Positions 21,151-34,172 of a DNA stretch of 64,000 nucleotides are shown here, in pieces. The notes below the pieces were generated by a model. That model saw only the letters and a list, made by a program, of their open reading frames with translations, was not told where the DNA came from and did not search any database. How positions within the stretch are numbered: the first letter of the stretch is position 1; each line of letters opens with the position of its first letter. The position numbers and the translations under genes are program-made. The stretch is from Heptranchias perlo (taxonomy: Eukaryota): NCBI RefSeq assembly GCF_035084215.1, contig NC_090363.1, positions 11,160,001 through 11,224,000 of the forward strand, in the 5' to 3' direction.

Positions 21151-22400
21151 CCTATCCAGCTAGAATCAGTTAGGGAGAGGGCTCCCACCATGGTCCAGGA
21201 ATTGAAATCCTGCCGGGGTAAATCTCCCTCACTGTGACCTGTCGCCCCGTGGAATAATTCCCCGCAACCCCTCCCTGCCATCACCCCTGCAGTGCACTGG
21301 ACATTACAAAATTCAGGACTTTGTAATGCGCCAGATGGTAATTCACTGGTGGTGCTCAGGCAGCTTCAAGAAGCCAAAGTGATGGCCCTTGTGGAGAAAT
21401 GTTGACAAATTCTTGAATATTTGGGATATAAAGTTTTATTTCCAATGCTCTTACAAAGGGCAGACGATTGACAACATATAGTCATTGCCATTAACTTTAT
21501 TAACGTGACGCAGTTGGCATCGTAAAATGGGAATATTAACATTAATTATTGAGCTACAGAAAACTTATGCAAAGAGTATGCATTACCTGCTGTTCTGATC
21601 AGCTGCCTTCTAATCTAATAAACACAGACCTTCGCGCACACTGAGAGTGTTCTGTGCTTAATTGATTGTCAGGCGAGAGTAAGCAAGATCAGTCCAATCA
21701 CAATGGTTGCAAAAGTATCAACTCCTCGATACTCTCGCCGGGACAATGACAGAAAAAAAATAAATCGGGAAAGTTACATTTCTGTGCAGTTATGGACATT
21801 GACTTAAAATTAGTCCCACTGACACTTGGAAACACGCAAGGGAACGAAAACAAGATTTCAAGATAATTACAGACGAGGGAGACCATTCTGCCCATCTTGA
21901 TCCATCCATCCAGAGAGATCTTAACATCCACCCATTGTAGCATCAAATTGTTTCTGAAATGATTCCAGGGTTCTTGTCTCCATCGCTCTATCTGGAACCT
22001 CACTCCACGCGATGATGACACTTTGAGGTGGAAACAAGATGGTAGTGCCCCCAAAAATGGTGGGCAGTGACAGAGGTGAATTAAAACATGGGCAATGCTC
22101 CCTCAGTTCTGCACTGAAGTGTCAGCCGGGATTATGTGCTCAAGTCTGTGGAGTAGAAGAGAGACAGGAGGGGTCCATGGGAGTGGGAATAATTGAATGG
22201 CTCTTTCAAGGAGCAGCCACAGGCACGACGGATTGAATGGCCTCCTGCGCTGTATGATTCGAGATGAGGCTGGTTTGTATTTCAAATGGGATTACCTCCT
22301 GACTCGGTACCATCCGCACCACCTGTGACTGAGACCGACGCCCAGCAGTTTGCAGCTGGCAGGAGGCAGGTCGGCGGTGTGCATTTATGGGATGGACGTG

Positions 22401-22951
22401 TTAGTGACCTTTAACCCCGCGGGTTGTCAGCGGTGCTGAGTTTTTCCCGCCGTCATTCAGTCCCGGATGGAAGATCGGAAAGATTCTCTCAGTGAAAGTG
22501 TGGGTGAAAGTGTGGAGATGGGACATGTTGTCCGCATTGTAAAACGACACCTGTCCGCCCTCATAGTCCAGGTACACCCCGATCATCCGGGGCTCCACAC
22601 TCGGGGTGAGGGGGGTCAGCGAGGGGGAAGTGGCGGCAAAATAACCACTTCCAGGATTCAGCCACACATACCAGTATCCGGACTCAGGTCTCGGGTTAAT
22701 CTTCCCTTTCCTGTTAACAGACTCTCGGGCCACTCCCACACCCCACTCAGTCTTGTTCCCCACCTCCACCTCCCAGTAGTGTCTCCCTGATGTGAATCCC
22801 TCCGATCCCAGGACACAGGCCACGCAATCAAACCTCTCCGGGTTGTCAGGGAGCCTTTGCCGTTTCTCTCCGTCTCTCACACTGGTCCGGTCCTCAGACA
22901 CGATGAGCCGGGGATGGGCTGTGTTCGGATCCAGAGTCAGAGAGGCTGGAG
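22401..22951 (-). CDS. TRIM copy B last exon, PRY-SPRY/B30.2 domain
   Basis: [41 protein letters not shown] motifs; stop at 22401-22403. Confidence 0.95.
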
Positions 22952-25900
22952 CTGGGGGAAGGTTAAAATAACACAGTCAGTGAGTGAGTTTCTTGCTGTG
23001 ATTTAATCAAACACTTTCCTGTTTAAAGTGCCCACTCGGGGGATTCCCGGGACCTCGGGTGTTTTTAACGGACTCCAGGTTCTGTTATTGGAATCTGCTC
23101 CCACCCGGGGGTTTACGCTCCTGGGACCGCTCTGACTTCCCAACCCGGAAAGAGCTGAGCGGGTACCGGGCGCACATTGTGTTTTATTTTTGTCTTTCTT
23201 CAGCCCCTGGCGCCCTGATTCGACACCGACCCGCCACAAGGAATCCTGCCCCCCCCTCCCCACTCCCCACTCCCCACCCGACCCCGAGTCCCCTGCGGTT
23301 CTCAGCCCCTGCAGAGTGACCCACGGACCTGTAGAAATACACAAGGAACCGGCACCAAGAGGCTCCGATGTGACTTGGAGGCACAATCTCGGCCCGGAGA
23401 CGTTACCCCTGAAATCCCCACATCACCAATCAGCTCGATCGATGAGGGGAGATGGGGGGTGGGGGAGGCGGAAATAAGAAACCAGAGGGAAAGAAAAGGA
23501 AGAAAAGGTGAAAGAAGTAAAAAGTGAGGAGGGGAACTGCTGCAGAAGAGAAGAAAGAACCGAGAGAGAGTGCAGGGGAACTAAACTCATCAGAGGGAAT
23601 GGGAACAAGAACAGATCCCGCAGAGGGAGGGAGGGAAAGAGCTAACGCAGGGCAAACAGTGAGGAAGGGAGAGAATAAACAGTTCAAGTGGAAAAGTAGA
23701 AAAGCAAGGAGATAAAGAAGCTGCGGCCCACAACTCAATGTGTCCAACAGCCTGACCCGGAACTCGAGATAAACTGGAACAACCGGGCAGCCCCCAGATT
23801 CAGAAAAACTCGTCCCCTAACAGAAAAAACACCCTGGACACAACAAACGGACGTCAGCCCGAATACAGTCCATCAACAAAATTATATCCAGGAATCTCAA
23901 CAGACTCAACACAAAATCAGCCAAAACAAAACCGATCTACATAAAAGGAGGTGGGAGTCTCATTTCCCCAGCAGACCCTCCTCACCATATGTGAACTGCT
24001 GCAGCCACAACTGCAGCCGCAGAGCAGGGCTAGGACATCATTGCTTGTGGATGTCAAGGTGACCGTGGCACTGAACTTTTATGGCTTTGGATCATTTCAG
24101 GCCTCTGCTGGCGATATTCTTCACAGAGAGAAGCAGAATGAGCGAGCACGAGTGTGTGCCGCATTGCAGGCTTCCCCATGGTGCAGGGTGTCATTGACTG
24201 CACGCATACAGCCATGTGTGTTCCATATCTCAACTCAGCCATCTTTATGAGCAGAAGGGGTTCCACTCCCTCAATGTGCAGCTGGTGTGCGACCACACGC
24301 AGTGCATCATGCAGCTCAGTGCCTGCTACCCGGGCAGCAGTCAAGTTCAGTGCCACGGTCACCTTGACATCCACAAGCAATGATGTCCTAGCCCTGCTCT
24401 GCGGCTGCAGTTGTGGCTGCAGCAGTTCACATATGGTGAGGAGGGTCTGCTGGGGAAATGAGACTCCCACCTCCTTTTATGTAGATCGGTTTTGTTTTGG
24501 CTGATTTTGTGTTGAGTCTGTTGAGATTCCTGGATATAATTTTTTTGATGGACTGTATTCGGGCTGACATCCGTTTGTTGTGTCCAGGGTGTTTTTTCTG
24601 TTAGGGGACGAGTTTTTCTGAATCTGGGGGCTGCCCGGTTGTTCCAGTTTATCTCGAGTTCCGGGTCAGGCTGTTGGACACATTGAGTTGTGGGCCGCAG
24701 CTTCTTTATCCCGTTGCTTTTCTACTTTTCCACTTGAACTGTTTATTCTCTCCCTTCCTCACTGTTTGCCCCGCGTTAGCTCTTTCCCTCCCTCCCTCTG
24801 CCGGATCTGTTCTTGTTCCCATTCCCTCTGATGAGTTTAGTTCCCCTGCACTCTCTCTCGGTTCTTTCTTCTCTTCTGCAGCAGTTCCCCTCCTCACTTT
24901 TTACTTCTTTCACCTTTTCTTCCTTTTCTTTCCCTCTGGTTTCTTATTTCCGCCTCCCCCACCCCCCATCTCACCTCATCGATCGAGCTGATTGGTGATG
25001 TGGGGATTTCAGGGGTAACATCTCCGGGCATCTGAAAGCAACGTTTCTGCTGCCAGGACCGTTCTGATGGGAACCTGCATTACTCAGCTGAGCAGATGCC
25101 TGGATTCGTCATGGAATGTTGCCTGCTGCAGAACCTCGCCCTTATGAAGGAACAGCCCTGCCACCGCCTATCTGGCAAGATCCTGAGCCAGAGGCAGAGG
25201 AGGAGGAGGACGTGGAAGAAGTGGAGGAAATGGATGAGGAGGAAGAGGAAGAGGCAAGGAGGCAACAAGATGCACAGGCCCTGTCTGCCAGGGCTCTGCG
25301 TGCTCACCTTATTCATGAGCGATATCTGTAACCTCATTGACACCTCCCAACTCACCAACAGTCCTACACTCCTCACCTTTCCTCTCCCTCATGACCATCA
25401 TATCGCCCTCCATATGATTACACATTGCTTCCTCCCGAGGCTTATCACATAAATAAAAACCACCACCAACTGTGACTTCAAATACAAATTCATAACGTTA
25501 CACATTAACTCAAGTATAAAACATTACATTATTCACCCTTGTGAATTCCCTCAGTGCTTGTCGCTCGTCTGCCTTTGCCCTTCCTGGTGCTCCTACGAGG
25601 TGCATCCCCTGTGGTTGGAGCATCGGTGGTGGAAGGCTGCTGACCTTCAATTCAGGTGTGTGCAGATGGACTTGGAGGACAAACACAAGCAGCTGTGGGC
25701 CAGGAGAGTCCGGCTTCACCCTGCACCATCTCAACATTGGTTGCAGCAGTCTGGCCTGGCTGGCTGACAGGCAACAGCAAGGGCAATGACAGAGTGGCAG
25801 GGATGGGAGCAGGAAATCTGTCATCCGGAGAGAGGACAGCAGGTTTGACTGCCATGGCGCCACTGCCACTCGAATGGGGCTGTGCCTCAGCAATCCTGGT

Positions 25901-28900
25901 GATCAACTGAAGACGAGATGGACGGAGTGCTCTGATGCCTTGGAAGCCCCGTTCCACAGTAGTGCCAACAGCCACGATCGCAGCAGTCTGCACTTCCAAA
26001 GCAGCAGTCCGAGATTCAATTGAAGCATGAAGACCTTTGATGACATCGGATGGTGCTGCATTGGAAGTCGTGGTTTCGGCCATCAGGCGTTGCATCTTAT
26101 GGATTCCTCAGTTGTGCTGATGGAGGTGATCACCCATTCCATGTGGGTAAGGATGGGCTCCAAGCTCTGCGCAAAACCTGTGCCAAGTTTGAGGTGACTC
26201 CTCCATGGCCCTTGACGTTGCATGCAGGCTTTCTGGCTGGCTTTCCAGTGTCTCAAGCATTTGGTGGTGTACGCCCATCAGAATTCCTCTGTTGCCTGGT
26301 CCATCAAACTCATCATCTGACAGCCGAACCATTGGGCGACCTCGCACTCTGGTGGAGCTGGCATCTGTGATAACTGTTCACCCCACACCGGCTCCTGTGC
26401 ACTTGTGCACGAAATCTCACCACGTGCAGATCCCTACTCTAACCTAGCCTCTACAATATGCGTAGCGTCAGTATCTGAGCAGTTGGCTGTGAGTGTCAGA
26501 ACAAGTGATCGTGTGGCTTCATTGTCATTGTCTTCCTCCTCCACCTTGGATGGTGCCAGCTCCAGTCTTGGGTATCTGCAACGACAAAAGGAGGTGGGTT
26601 GAGTTGTTGAGCCGTGACAGAAGCAACTATGATGTGCGTGCTGACACCATTTACAGCATGTGAGTCAGAAAAGATTGTGGGATGTGGGAGATAAGAAGGA
26701 CAATTAGGTTTGGAAAGACACCCTCCATTGTGACGTTCAGCGCCACCAGTGGCCATGGCCGCAGCGACGGCCTGTCCAATTATCAGAAGCACGGTCTCCT
26801 CCAGGGGAGTGCGGATGTGCAGGTGTGCCCGTCCTCCCTCAGGTCTTTCATGCTACCAGCTGTTATGTGCCTCCTCCTCCTGCAAGACAGAGGGAAGTGT
26901 ACCAGTGAGTGTGCTGCAAGATGATTGGGTGATGTGCCTGTCGTGGGCGAAGAGCTGCCAGTGTGTGTGACCTGTGGGTGGTGGGTCAGTGGGTTGCAAG
27001 TGCGGTAATATTTGAGGGTGAGATGCAGCCTGCAACGTGCTGCATTGCATACAGATGGGCAGCGTTTGTTGGTCGATGGGTGACTGGGTGTGTCGTGGTG
27101 AAGCCATATTGCGGTTGGCAGAACGTGTCACTTGACAATTGCATTCACTCACCTTGACCATTCGCGTCAAATCATTGAACTTGCTCCAGCACTGCACCCA
27201 CGTGCGTGGTGCAATGCTCCTGACATTCACCTCCACGGCACCGTCCTCCCACTGCCTCCGCAGCTCGTGTCTGGAGGGTCTTCTGCCACCCTGGGGGTAC
27301 ATGATGGCTCTCTGTTCGTCCGCTGCCCCCACCAGGGCCTCCACTGAGCTGTTGTGGAACCTCGATGCACGCGCACTTGCCGGTCCAGCCATTTTACTTG
27401 TTACCCTCCACCGTTTGCATTTGCAGTGCAGTTCCCCTTTAAGAAGTGCAGGTTGCCTTTAACTGGTGCTGGCCACGCCCCATATCGAGCCTCCTGGTGG
27501 GTGCAGCCTCTCGCCAAGGATCGCTCTGGCCTCAGGGACAAATAATGGAAATGAGCCTGAAGCACGAATCTCGCCTGCTGCCTGCATCCGAAACACCGGG
27601 CGCAGGTAAATCACACACCGCGACCCTCACGCCCGAATTTGGGCGTCAGCGAATTTAACCCCCACTCTCTGATATAATCGGATTCGTTATAATAAGAAAT
27701 GAGATTTCAATCAGGACAAAGAAACATCTCGGACTTTTACCGGGTTTGATGGCATCAATCATTTCTCTCCACACTGTGTACTGAAAAGGGCCGTTGAATT
27801 TTTCGACAGACAGGGCGCCATTTGCTAATGACAGTAAATTATCTTCCTCGCTAATCCTGCGAATATTCAACAATTGGTTATAACTTGATCATTAACACCT
27901 TTCTGAGTTATTTTCCCAAAATGTGCAGAGTTTCAGTAAAGAACATGTCCTACCTCCTCTTCCGACAAGTTTTCTCCTGAAATAAATAAAACACAAATCT
28001 GAGTGGACAGAGACTAACCGTCTACATCCGGACAGCACAATTAGCCCAAATTGTGACAATCTGTTGATAATTCTGAATTCTCACTGCTGCCGACACACAG
28101 ATAGAAACATCACATTACAAAAAGGTACAGAAGCACCGGAGAAAGTGCTAAAAGTTCGATGTAGGATGTATTTGAAAGCCGGACAGGAGAAATTACACCC
28201 AAATTATTAAATGCCTCTCACAGAAACAGGGTGTGGCTGAAAAATCTTATTTGTGTCAGACGATGGAAATCAGCATCAGTCCCCCTCACAGACACAGTGA
28301 CTCTCACACCCACCGGACCAGACACACCCACACACTCACTCAATGAAACTGTAACTGCATTGCAATGTGAATTTCAGAATAATATTAAACTCTTGGGCAA
28401 CACCGAAATAATTACAAGCTAAATATCAAGATCAGGGAAAATCATTCCCGGGGTGGTTGCTGGTAATCCCGGGATTCTGTCGACATTGTGAGAGGCCGAT
28501 TAGTTCGGTGACAATAGCAGATCCGCCTCGGAATCGACAAAAAATCGATCGATTGAAAACAGTCCCGAATTATCTGGAAATTTTGCATTTACTTCAACAT
28601 TCTTGCCCATCATTTTGTGACTGTGAATATTCACTGAAGTAAACTGAAATATAATCCTCACCTTCAGAAATATCACTCCGTCTTTTTCCTCCATCTGTTT
28701 TTGGAACTTTGAAAGCTTCTCCTGAATAGAATTTAAATTGTCTTGAATTTCTCGAAGATTTTCCTCCATTGTTTCTAGAATCCTCTCCTCTTCTTTCCTG
28801 AGATCTCTGATTAAACGCTGCTCTTTCTCAGTGAGAATCCGGTGCATTTTAGCGAACTCGGATATGATGCGGGTCTGCAGACTGCTCGACTTTTCCTACA

Positions 28901-29583
28901 AAATGAAATGTGAAAAATAATAACGTACCGCGATAAAGGAACAAAACTAACCGAGATCGCAGAGAATCAGCTCAGGGAGAACTCACCCTAACTTCGGAAA
29001 TCTGCTGCTTCTGTTTCAGTTCAGTTTCTAGAACCGCCGTTTTCTTCTCTGTGAGAGAATCTAAGGAAGATTTCAGCTGATCCTGGGATTGGGATACAAA
29101 ATCACAGAATGAAAGTGTTCGACCATGAAAATGTGATCAAATAATCAGGTGATCAAATCTGTTCCCTTTTACCTTGTACATTTCAACAGCTTCTTTAATC
29201 GGCATGAAGCGGTGGTCTCTGTGTTCCCGCGCATCTCTGCAAATCATACAGATCAGTTTCTTGTCAGTTTCACAAAACAGCTTCAGTTCTTCCTGATGTT
29301 CCTCACAGTGAAGTTTACTTTCCTTCTCTTTCGGATTCAGCTTTAATTTTCGAACTTTCTCGGCCAGATTCGCTAAGGCCGGATTGGCCGTGAAATTTCT
29401 TTCGGGAAACTCCTCTCTGTATTCCGGGCAGGAGTTTGTTACCTTCGGTTCCCAACTCTGTGCGATACAGGAGCGGCAGAAGTTGTGCCCACACTCCAGT
29501 ATAACCGGATCGGTGAAAAAGTCAAGACAGATGGGACAAATTGCCTCCTCGGTCAAACTCTCTGCCTGCCGTCTGGAAGTCAT
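22401..29583 (-). CDS. TRIM gene copy B, complete RING-Bbox-CC-PRY/SPRY (B30.2), 476 aa
   Basis: Exons 29583-29173 (411), 29082-28987 (96), 28895-28662 (234), 27976-27954 (23), 27856-27741 (116), 22951-22401 (551) total 1431 nt, frame open, GT-AG junctions. Last RING Cys is Tyr. Confidence 0.92.
23392..25029. repeat. Long inverted repeat (arms 23392-24078 and 24343-25029, spacer 264 bp)
   Basis: Arms are reverse complements with fewer than about 10 differences by eye; near-identical mirrored ORFs 23430..23747(-) and 24674..24991(+). Confidence 0.95.
23970..27663. mobile_element. PIF/Harbinger DNA transposon relic in TRIM B intron 5
   Basis: HARBI1-like transposase pieces on + ([21 protein letters not shown]) convergent with a Myb/SANT-like gene on - ([21 protein letters not shown]); TIR-like GAATTTAACCCCC right end; left end not found. 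Confidence 0.82.
29173..29583 (-). CDS. TRIM copy B first coding exon, RING + B-box
   Basis: ORF 29137..29610; ATG at 29583, donor GTAAAA after 29173. Confidence 0.93.
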
Positions 29584-30319
29584 GTTCACACTCAGCACTT
29601 CCTGATACAAACCGCTTTTACCTTCGATGTTGCTGGGCTCCCGAACACCTTCAGTTCAGTGATTTCACAATGTAGGTCACTGCAGTATTCAGGGAATTAT
29701 TATTATATACTGGTCTATTTCTCGTCGACTTTTACACGGGGAGATGAAACCTTGAGCACGATAAAGGACAAACAGTGTTGGAGGACGGAGAAGCAATAGT
29801 TGAACCTGGGCGGGGAGGGTGAAAGTCCAAGGAGTTGGCAGTGGGGGGAGGGGAGAGAGGGAGGGAGGAGGCGGAGATTGGAGGGGATCGAGATTCCACT
29901 GCACTTTGCTCCAGACCGAACTCGCTGACGACGACAAACCCTCTGCTGAAAGACGATGTAAGATATCGATCCATAAACTGAATTGTGTTAATGATTGTAG
30001 TCGCTCACCCTAAAAGACAAAGTGCCATAAATGTCAAGGAGCTGTCTGGAAGCTGTGATCAGTTTCAGTCCTTCCTGATTCAAACTGCTGGTGTCATGTT
30101 TCTGTGGGTGGATCCAGCCCGGTTCCCAGTGTGAGATCACTCCAGAGTCCCTGGAAATGCTGTTCACATCTGGATAAAAATGTATCACATTTACAAAGAG
30201 GATAGACATTCGTTGAAGTTTCGGTGTGCACCCATCATCAGACTGAGAGACAAACGAGCTGGCGACTCAGGCTGGGAAAACGGAGAGGGAAAAAGAAGAA
30301 GGGGAGAGGAGAGATCAAC

Positions 30320-30930
30320 GCTGATTTGAAAGAAATTGCTCTGTTGCATGGATCGCAGGCTCGGGCTCAGGATTGGTGTCAGCCTCGCCCACCTTGTCTG
30401 TTTTTCCTGCCTGGGATGCGGGCAGTTCATGCGGACGATCCCCATCTCCTTCCAGGCGGGGCACCGAACACCCTCCGATGTCCTGGACCCACCCTGGGTT
30501 TCCTCGTCCTGGACAGGTTGGACGCAGGTCTGGTGCGGGTAGGATTGGACCTGACGAGGTTCGTCTCCCTGAGGCCGAGCGGGATTGGTGCAACATCTGT
30601 CCTCACCTCCCCCAGTTGAATCCGATGGAGGAGAAGCTTGTTGGGGATCAATGGCGGGACGTTTGATGAAACGATCCTCTGCCTCGTGGCTTCGAGAGGA
30701 TCCACCAGCAGGAATCTCCCGCCCACCGTGAGCCCCTTATTGAGGGCCAGGAACACAGCCCGCTCCGACCTCAGGAAGAACACGACCTTCCCGGACATTT
30801 TAGAGGCGGCGACAATGACTGAGGGGCCGACAACCCCAGACATGGTCTTCACACAGGCTTCAATGGGCATGTTGGGCTGAGTGTAGCTCTTGACCCCATT
30901 CTGTTTCGTAAAGAGGCGAAAAGGTGCCGG
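30320..30930 (-). mobile_element. Tx1-like ORF1 relic, unit 2
   Basis: IVAASKMSGKVVFFL..KGLTVGG..SNVPP. Confidence 0.7.
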
Positions 30931-33214
30931 GGCATTCTCAACTCTTTGAACAAACAACAGGGGAGATCTCTCCAACGGGAGAGAGGGAAGTAAAGGAGGC
31001 AAGGAGGGAGAGAGATAGGGTAGGAACGAGACAGAGAGGGAAGGAACTGAAGGAAGGTGGGGGAGAGAGAGGGAAGGAAAGGAGCCAAAGAGGGAGGGAG
31101 AGAGAAGGAAGGAATGGAAAGAAGGAGGGGGAGAGAGAAGAAAGGAAAGGAGTGAAGGAGGAAGACTGTCGGGGTTGGGTTGCTGCAGAAGTGGGGAAAA
31201 CATTGGGTTTCGTTGGGGTGCACTCGACTGATGATGTTCCTCCCCTTCTTGATGGGGGGAGGGTGGGTGCGGGGGGGGGGGGGTGGGGGGGGGGGAAGAG
31301 ACTTCTTCACCCAGACAGTTGAAACACCCGAGGCTCAGTGCTCCACAAAGTGTTCTTTGCAAAAAGGCTTCACCCAGGCAGCTCCAGCTGTCCTGGACAA
31401 GACAATGGGGGTGTTTACATCAGAGTATAATTCATAATCAATCAATCAATCAGTCCCTTGTTGTTCCGGCCTTGTCCAGTGACACAGTCTGATTGACATT
31501 CCTCGGGCTCCATCGTTCACAGCCCCGCCCCCTCAGTCTGAGTGACAGACCCCGGGCTCCATCGCTCCCAGCCCCTCCAATCGCGCTCTTAAAGCGTGAC
31601 CGCAATCTGCATCTCAGGGGATTAATAACCGCAACCCGGTGCTGACGGACCTGTGTGTTGAAAGCATTTCCTCTCTCCCTTTCAGCTTAACTGTGGGAAT
31701 GAAGGCCATTGTCTCTGTGGCTCTTACAAACCAGTGTCACCTGAAGCCTGGGCTTCCAAGTGGTGTTATCACTGGGAACAGCAGCTCTTGGAGACAAAGC
31801 CCATCTGCTCAGTGTTTAATTACAAACAGAGAGAGAGAGAGAGAGCAACCTGATTGCTCACTCAGTCAGATTATCAGGTTTGTGCCTCACACTTAGCAAC
31901 AAGAAAAAAAGGCAAGAAACTTACTCCAATTTATGTTCAAAGTCTGTAAAAGCAGTCATTTGTTCTTAAAGTCTGAAAACCTTTATTCATTTTTAAAGAA
32001 CCAACGAGAAATCGCTGACTCCAGTATCGACAGAGAGATTCCCGACAACGTTCATATCACGTTCATGGCCAACCAGTGACGTGCTGTCAGATCCTGGGAT
32101 ACTTCCATTCCCACCCGTGGTGTCAGACACTTCCACCCACTACCCCCGCCAGAAAACACAGTCCACTCCCAAGCTCTGCAAGACTCCCGGTTCTGCCTCT
32201 GCGGTGCTGCCAAAGGGAAGGATTCCCTGGGGTCCGATTCTCCCAATTCCCCATTCCCAGTGCGGTCTAAACCCAAGGACCATCCCCACCCAAAACCTCG
32301 GTTTTAATTCACCTCAGAACCGCTACCGCAGCGCTGCAGAACCCGGGACCATCACTTTGTGCGGTCACACCTGAGGACACCTCTTGCAAAACCGCTACCA
32401 TTTAATCCTGGACCCTTAATCAAATTCTTCTTAATCGAACAATCATGTCCCATCTTAACTGAATGTCAGAACTCTGCCTCCATTGTGCAAATTCTAAACT
32501 CACCCACTGCCCTGCAGGTGAACCGCGGGACTCCCACACCAGCTCGGTGAAACCCGAGACCACAACCAATGTGACCAGAATCTCTCCCACCCTCCCAGTG
32601 CTGCCGAAACTCGCAACAAACCCCCGCTCCGCCACATTTTCGCTAAATGGCAGACACAGTCCTCCATCGTGTTGACTACTCCCAAACACTTCATTGTGCG
32701 CTGGAGACCGTAAGGAGGTAAGAGGTGAATTAATCTCGCAGCTGAACGAATTTCCAATGAGAAGTAAAATCACGGATTCCGTTTTGAACGGGAAATGGAC
32801 AGAATCAGTGAATTACTTGCCTGAACAGAGTTAAAAGCCCAGGATATCATATCATTAAATAATCACTTTGTCACCTTCAACCAGTCGCCCTGACAGTATT
32901 GAATTAGTTCTTATCGGGTACATCCCCTCTGTAATTCTAAAATAGCACGGCCGGGGTTTTCAGCTTGAACGCTCTCGACCCATCTTCCCCATTTATTCAT
33001 TTTAATTGACAGGAAAATGAGGCTGGAGAGCGCAGAACCAGGAAACTCCGGTCCATATATTTCCTCTGAGTGTGAGCAATTCGACGGGAGATTCACGTTT
33101 GCACATGTCATTTCCATTGAAGAACTCCTGTTAAATTTGGAGGGAATTAATTGGAGCTAATTTTAACTCGTGAGATAGTGTAAAATGGACGCTTTCAATT
33201 TAGCCGCCTATTTT

Positions 33215-34101
33215 GGAAGGATGCAGAGGCTGCAAGTGGATATAGACAGGTTACGTGAGCGGGCAAGAACATGGGAGATGGAATATAATGTGGAAAAATG
33301 TGAAGTCATCCACTTTGGTCGGAAAAACAGAAATGCAGAATATTTTTAAATGGTGAGAGATTGGGAAATGTTGAAGTTGAAAGGGACCTGGGTGTCCTTG
33401 TACATAAATCACTGAAAGCTGAAATGCAGGTGCAACAAGCAATTAAGAAGGCAAATGGTATCTTGGCTTTTATTACAAGAGGCTTTGAGTACAGGAGTAA
33501 AGATGTCTTACTGCAATTATATGGGGCCTTGGTGAGACCGCACCTGGAGTATTGTGTACAATTTTGGTCTCCTTACCTAAGAAAGGATATACCTGCCGTA
33601 GAGGGAGTGCAAAGAAAGTACAGCAGACTGATTCCTGGGATGGCGGGAGTGTCGTATGAGGAGAGGTTGAGTCGACTCGGCCTGTATTCTCTGGAGTTTA
33701 GAAGAATGAGAGGTGTCCTCATTGAAATATATAGAATTCCTTCAGGGCTCGACAGTGTAGATGCAGGGAGGATGTTTCCCTTGGCTGGGGAGTCTAGAGC
33801 CAGGGGTCACAACCTCAGAATAAGGGGTCGGCCATTTCAGACTGAGATGAGGAGAAATTTCTTCACTCAGAGGGTGGTGAATCTTTGGAATTCTCTACCC
33901 CAGAGGGCTGTGGAGGCTCAGTCACGGAGTACATTCAAAACAGAGACCGATAGATTTCTGGATATTAAGGACATCAAGGGATATGGGGATAGTGCAGGAA
34001 AATGGAGTTGAGTTAGAAGATCATCCACGATCTGATTGAATGGCGGAGCGGGCTCGAGGGGCCGGATGGCCAACTCCTGCTCCTATTTCTCATGTTCTTA
34101 T
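33215..34101 (+). mobile_element. CR1 LINE 3' fragment, unit 2 paralog
   Basis: ORF 33361..34011; same junctions as 14534-15420. Confidence 0.92.
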
Positions 34102-34172
34102 TATACACCACTTCCGAGTTTCTTTCCTTTAAGTCAATGGACGGGAAATCGGGCGTGGTGCATAATGGGCGC

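Larger units (their letters stand above)
1..27748. repeat. Tandem segmental duplication unit 1 (phase arbitrary)
   Basis: ATGGCATCAATCATTTCTCTCCA recurs at 1, 27749 and 52350 and the downstream sequence is colinear apart from large indels. Confidence 0.95.

Noticed and set aside
22095-22160. Possible SINE core fragment (also about 47178-47240)
   Set aside because: Too short and degraded to delimit by eye.
23400-23965. Segment left of the Harbinger transposase that looks like part of another repeat
   Set aside because: No recognisable motif; cannot be assigned without a repeat-library search.
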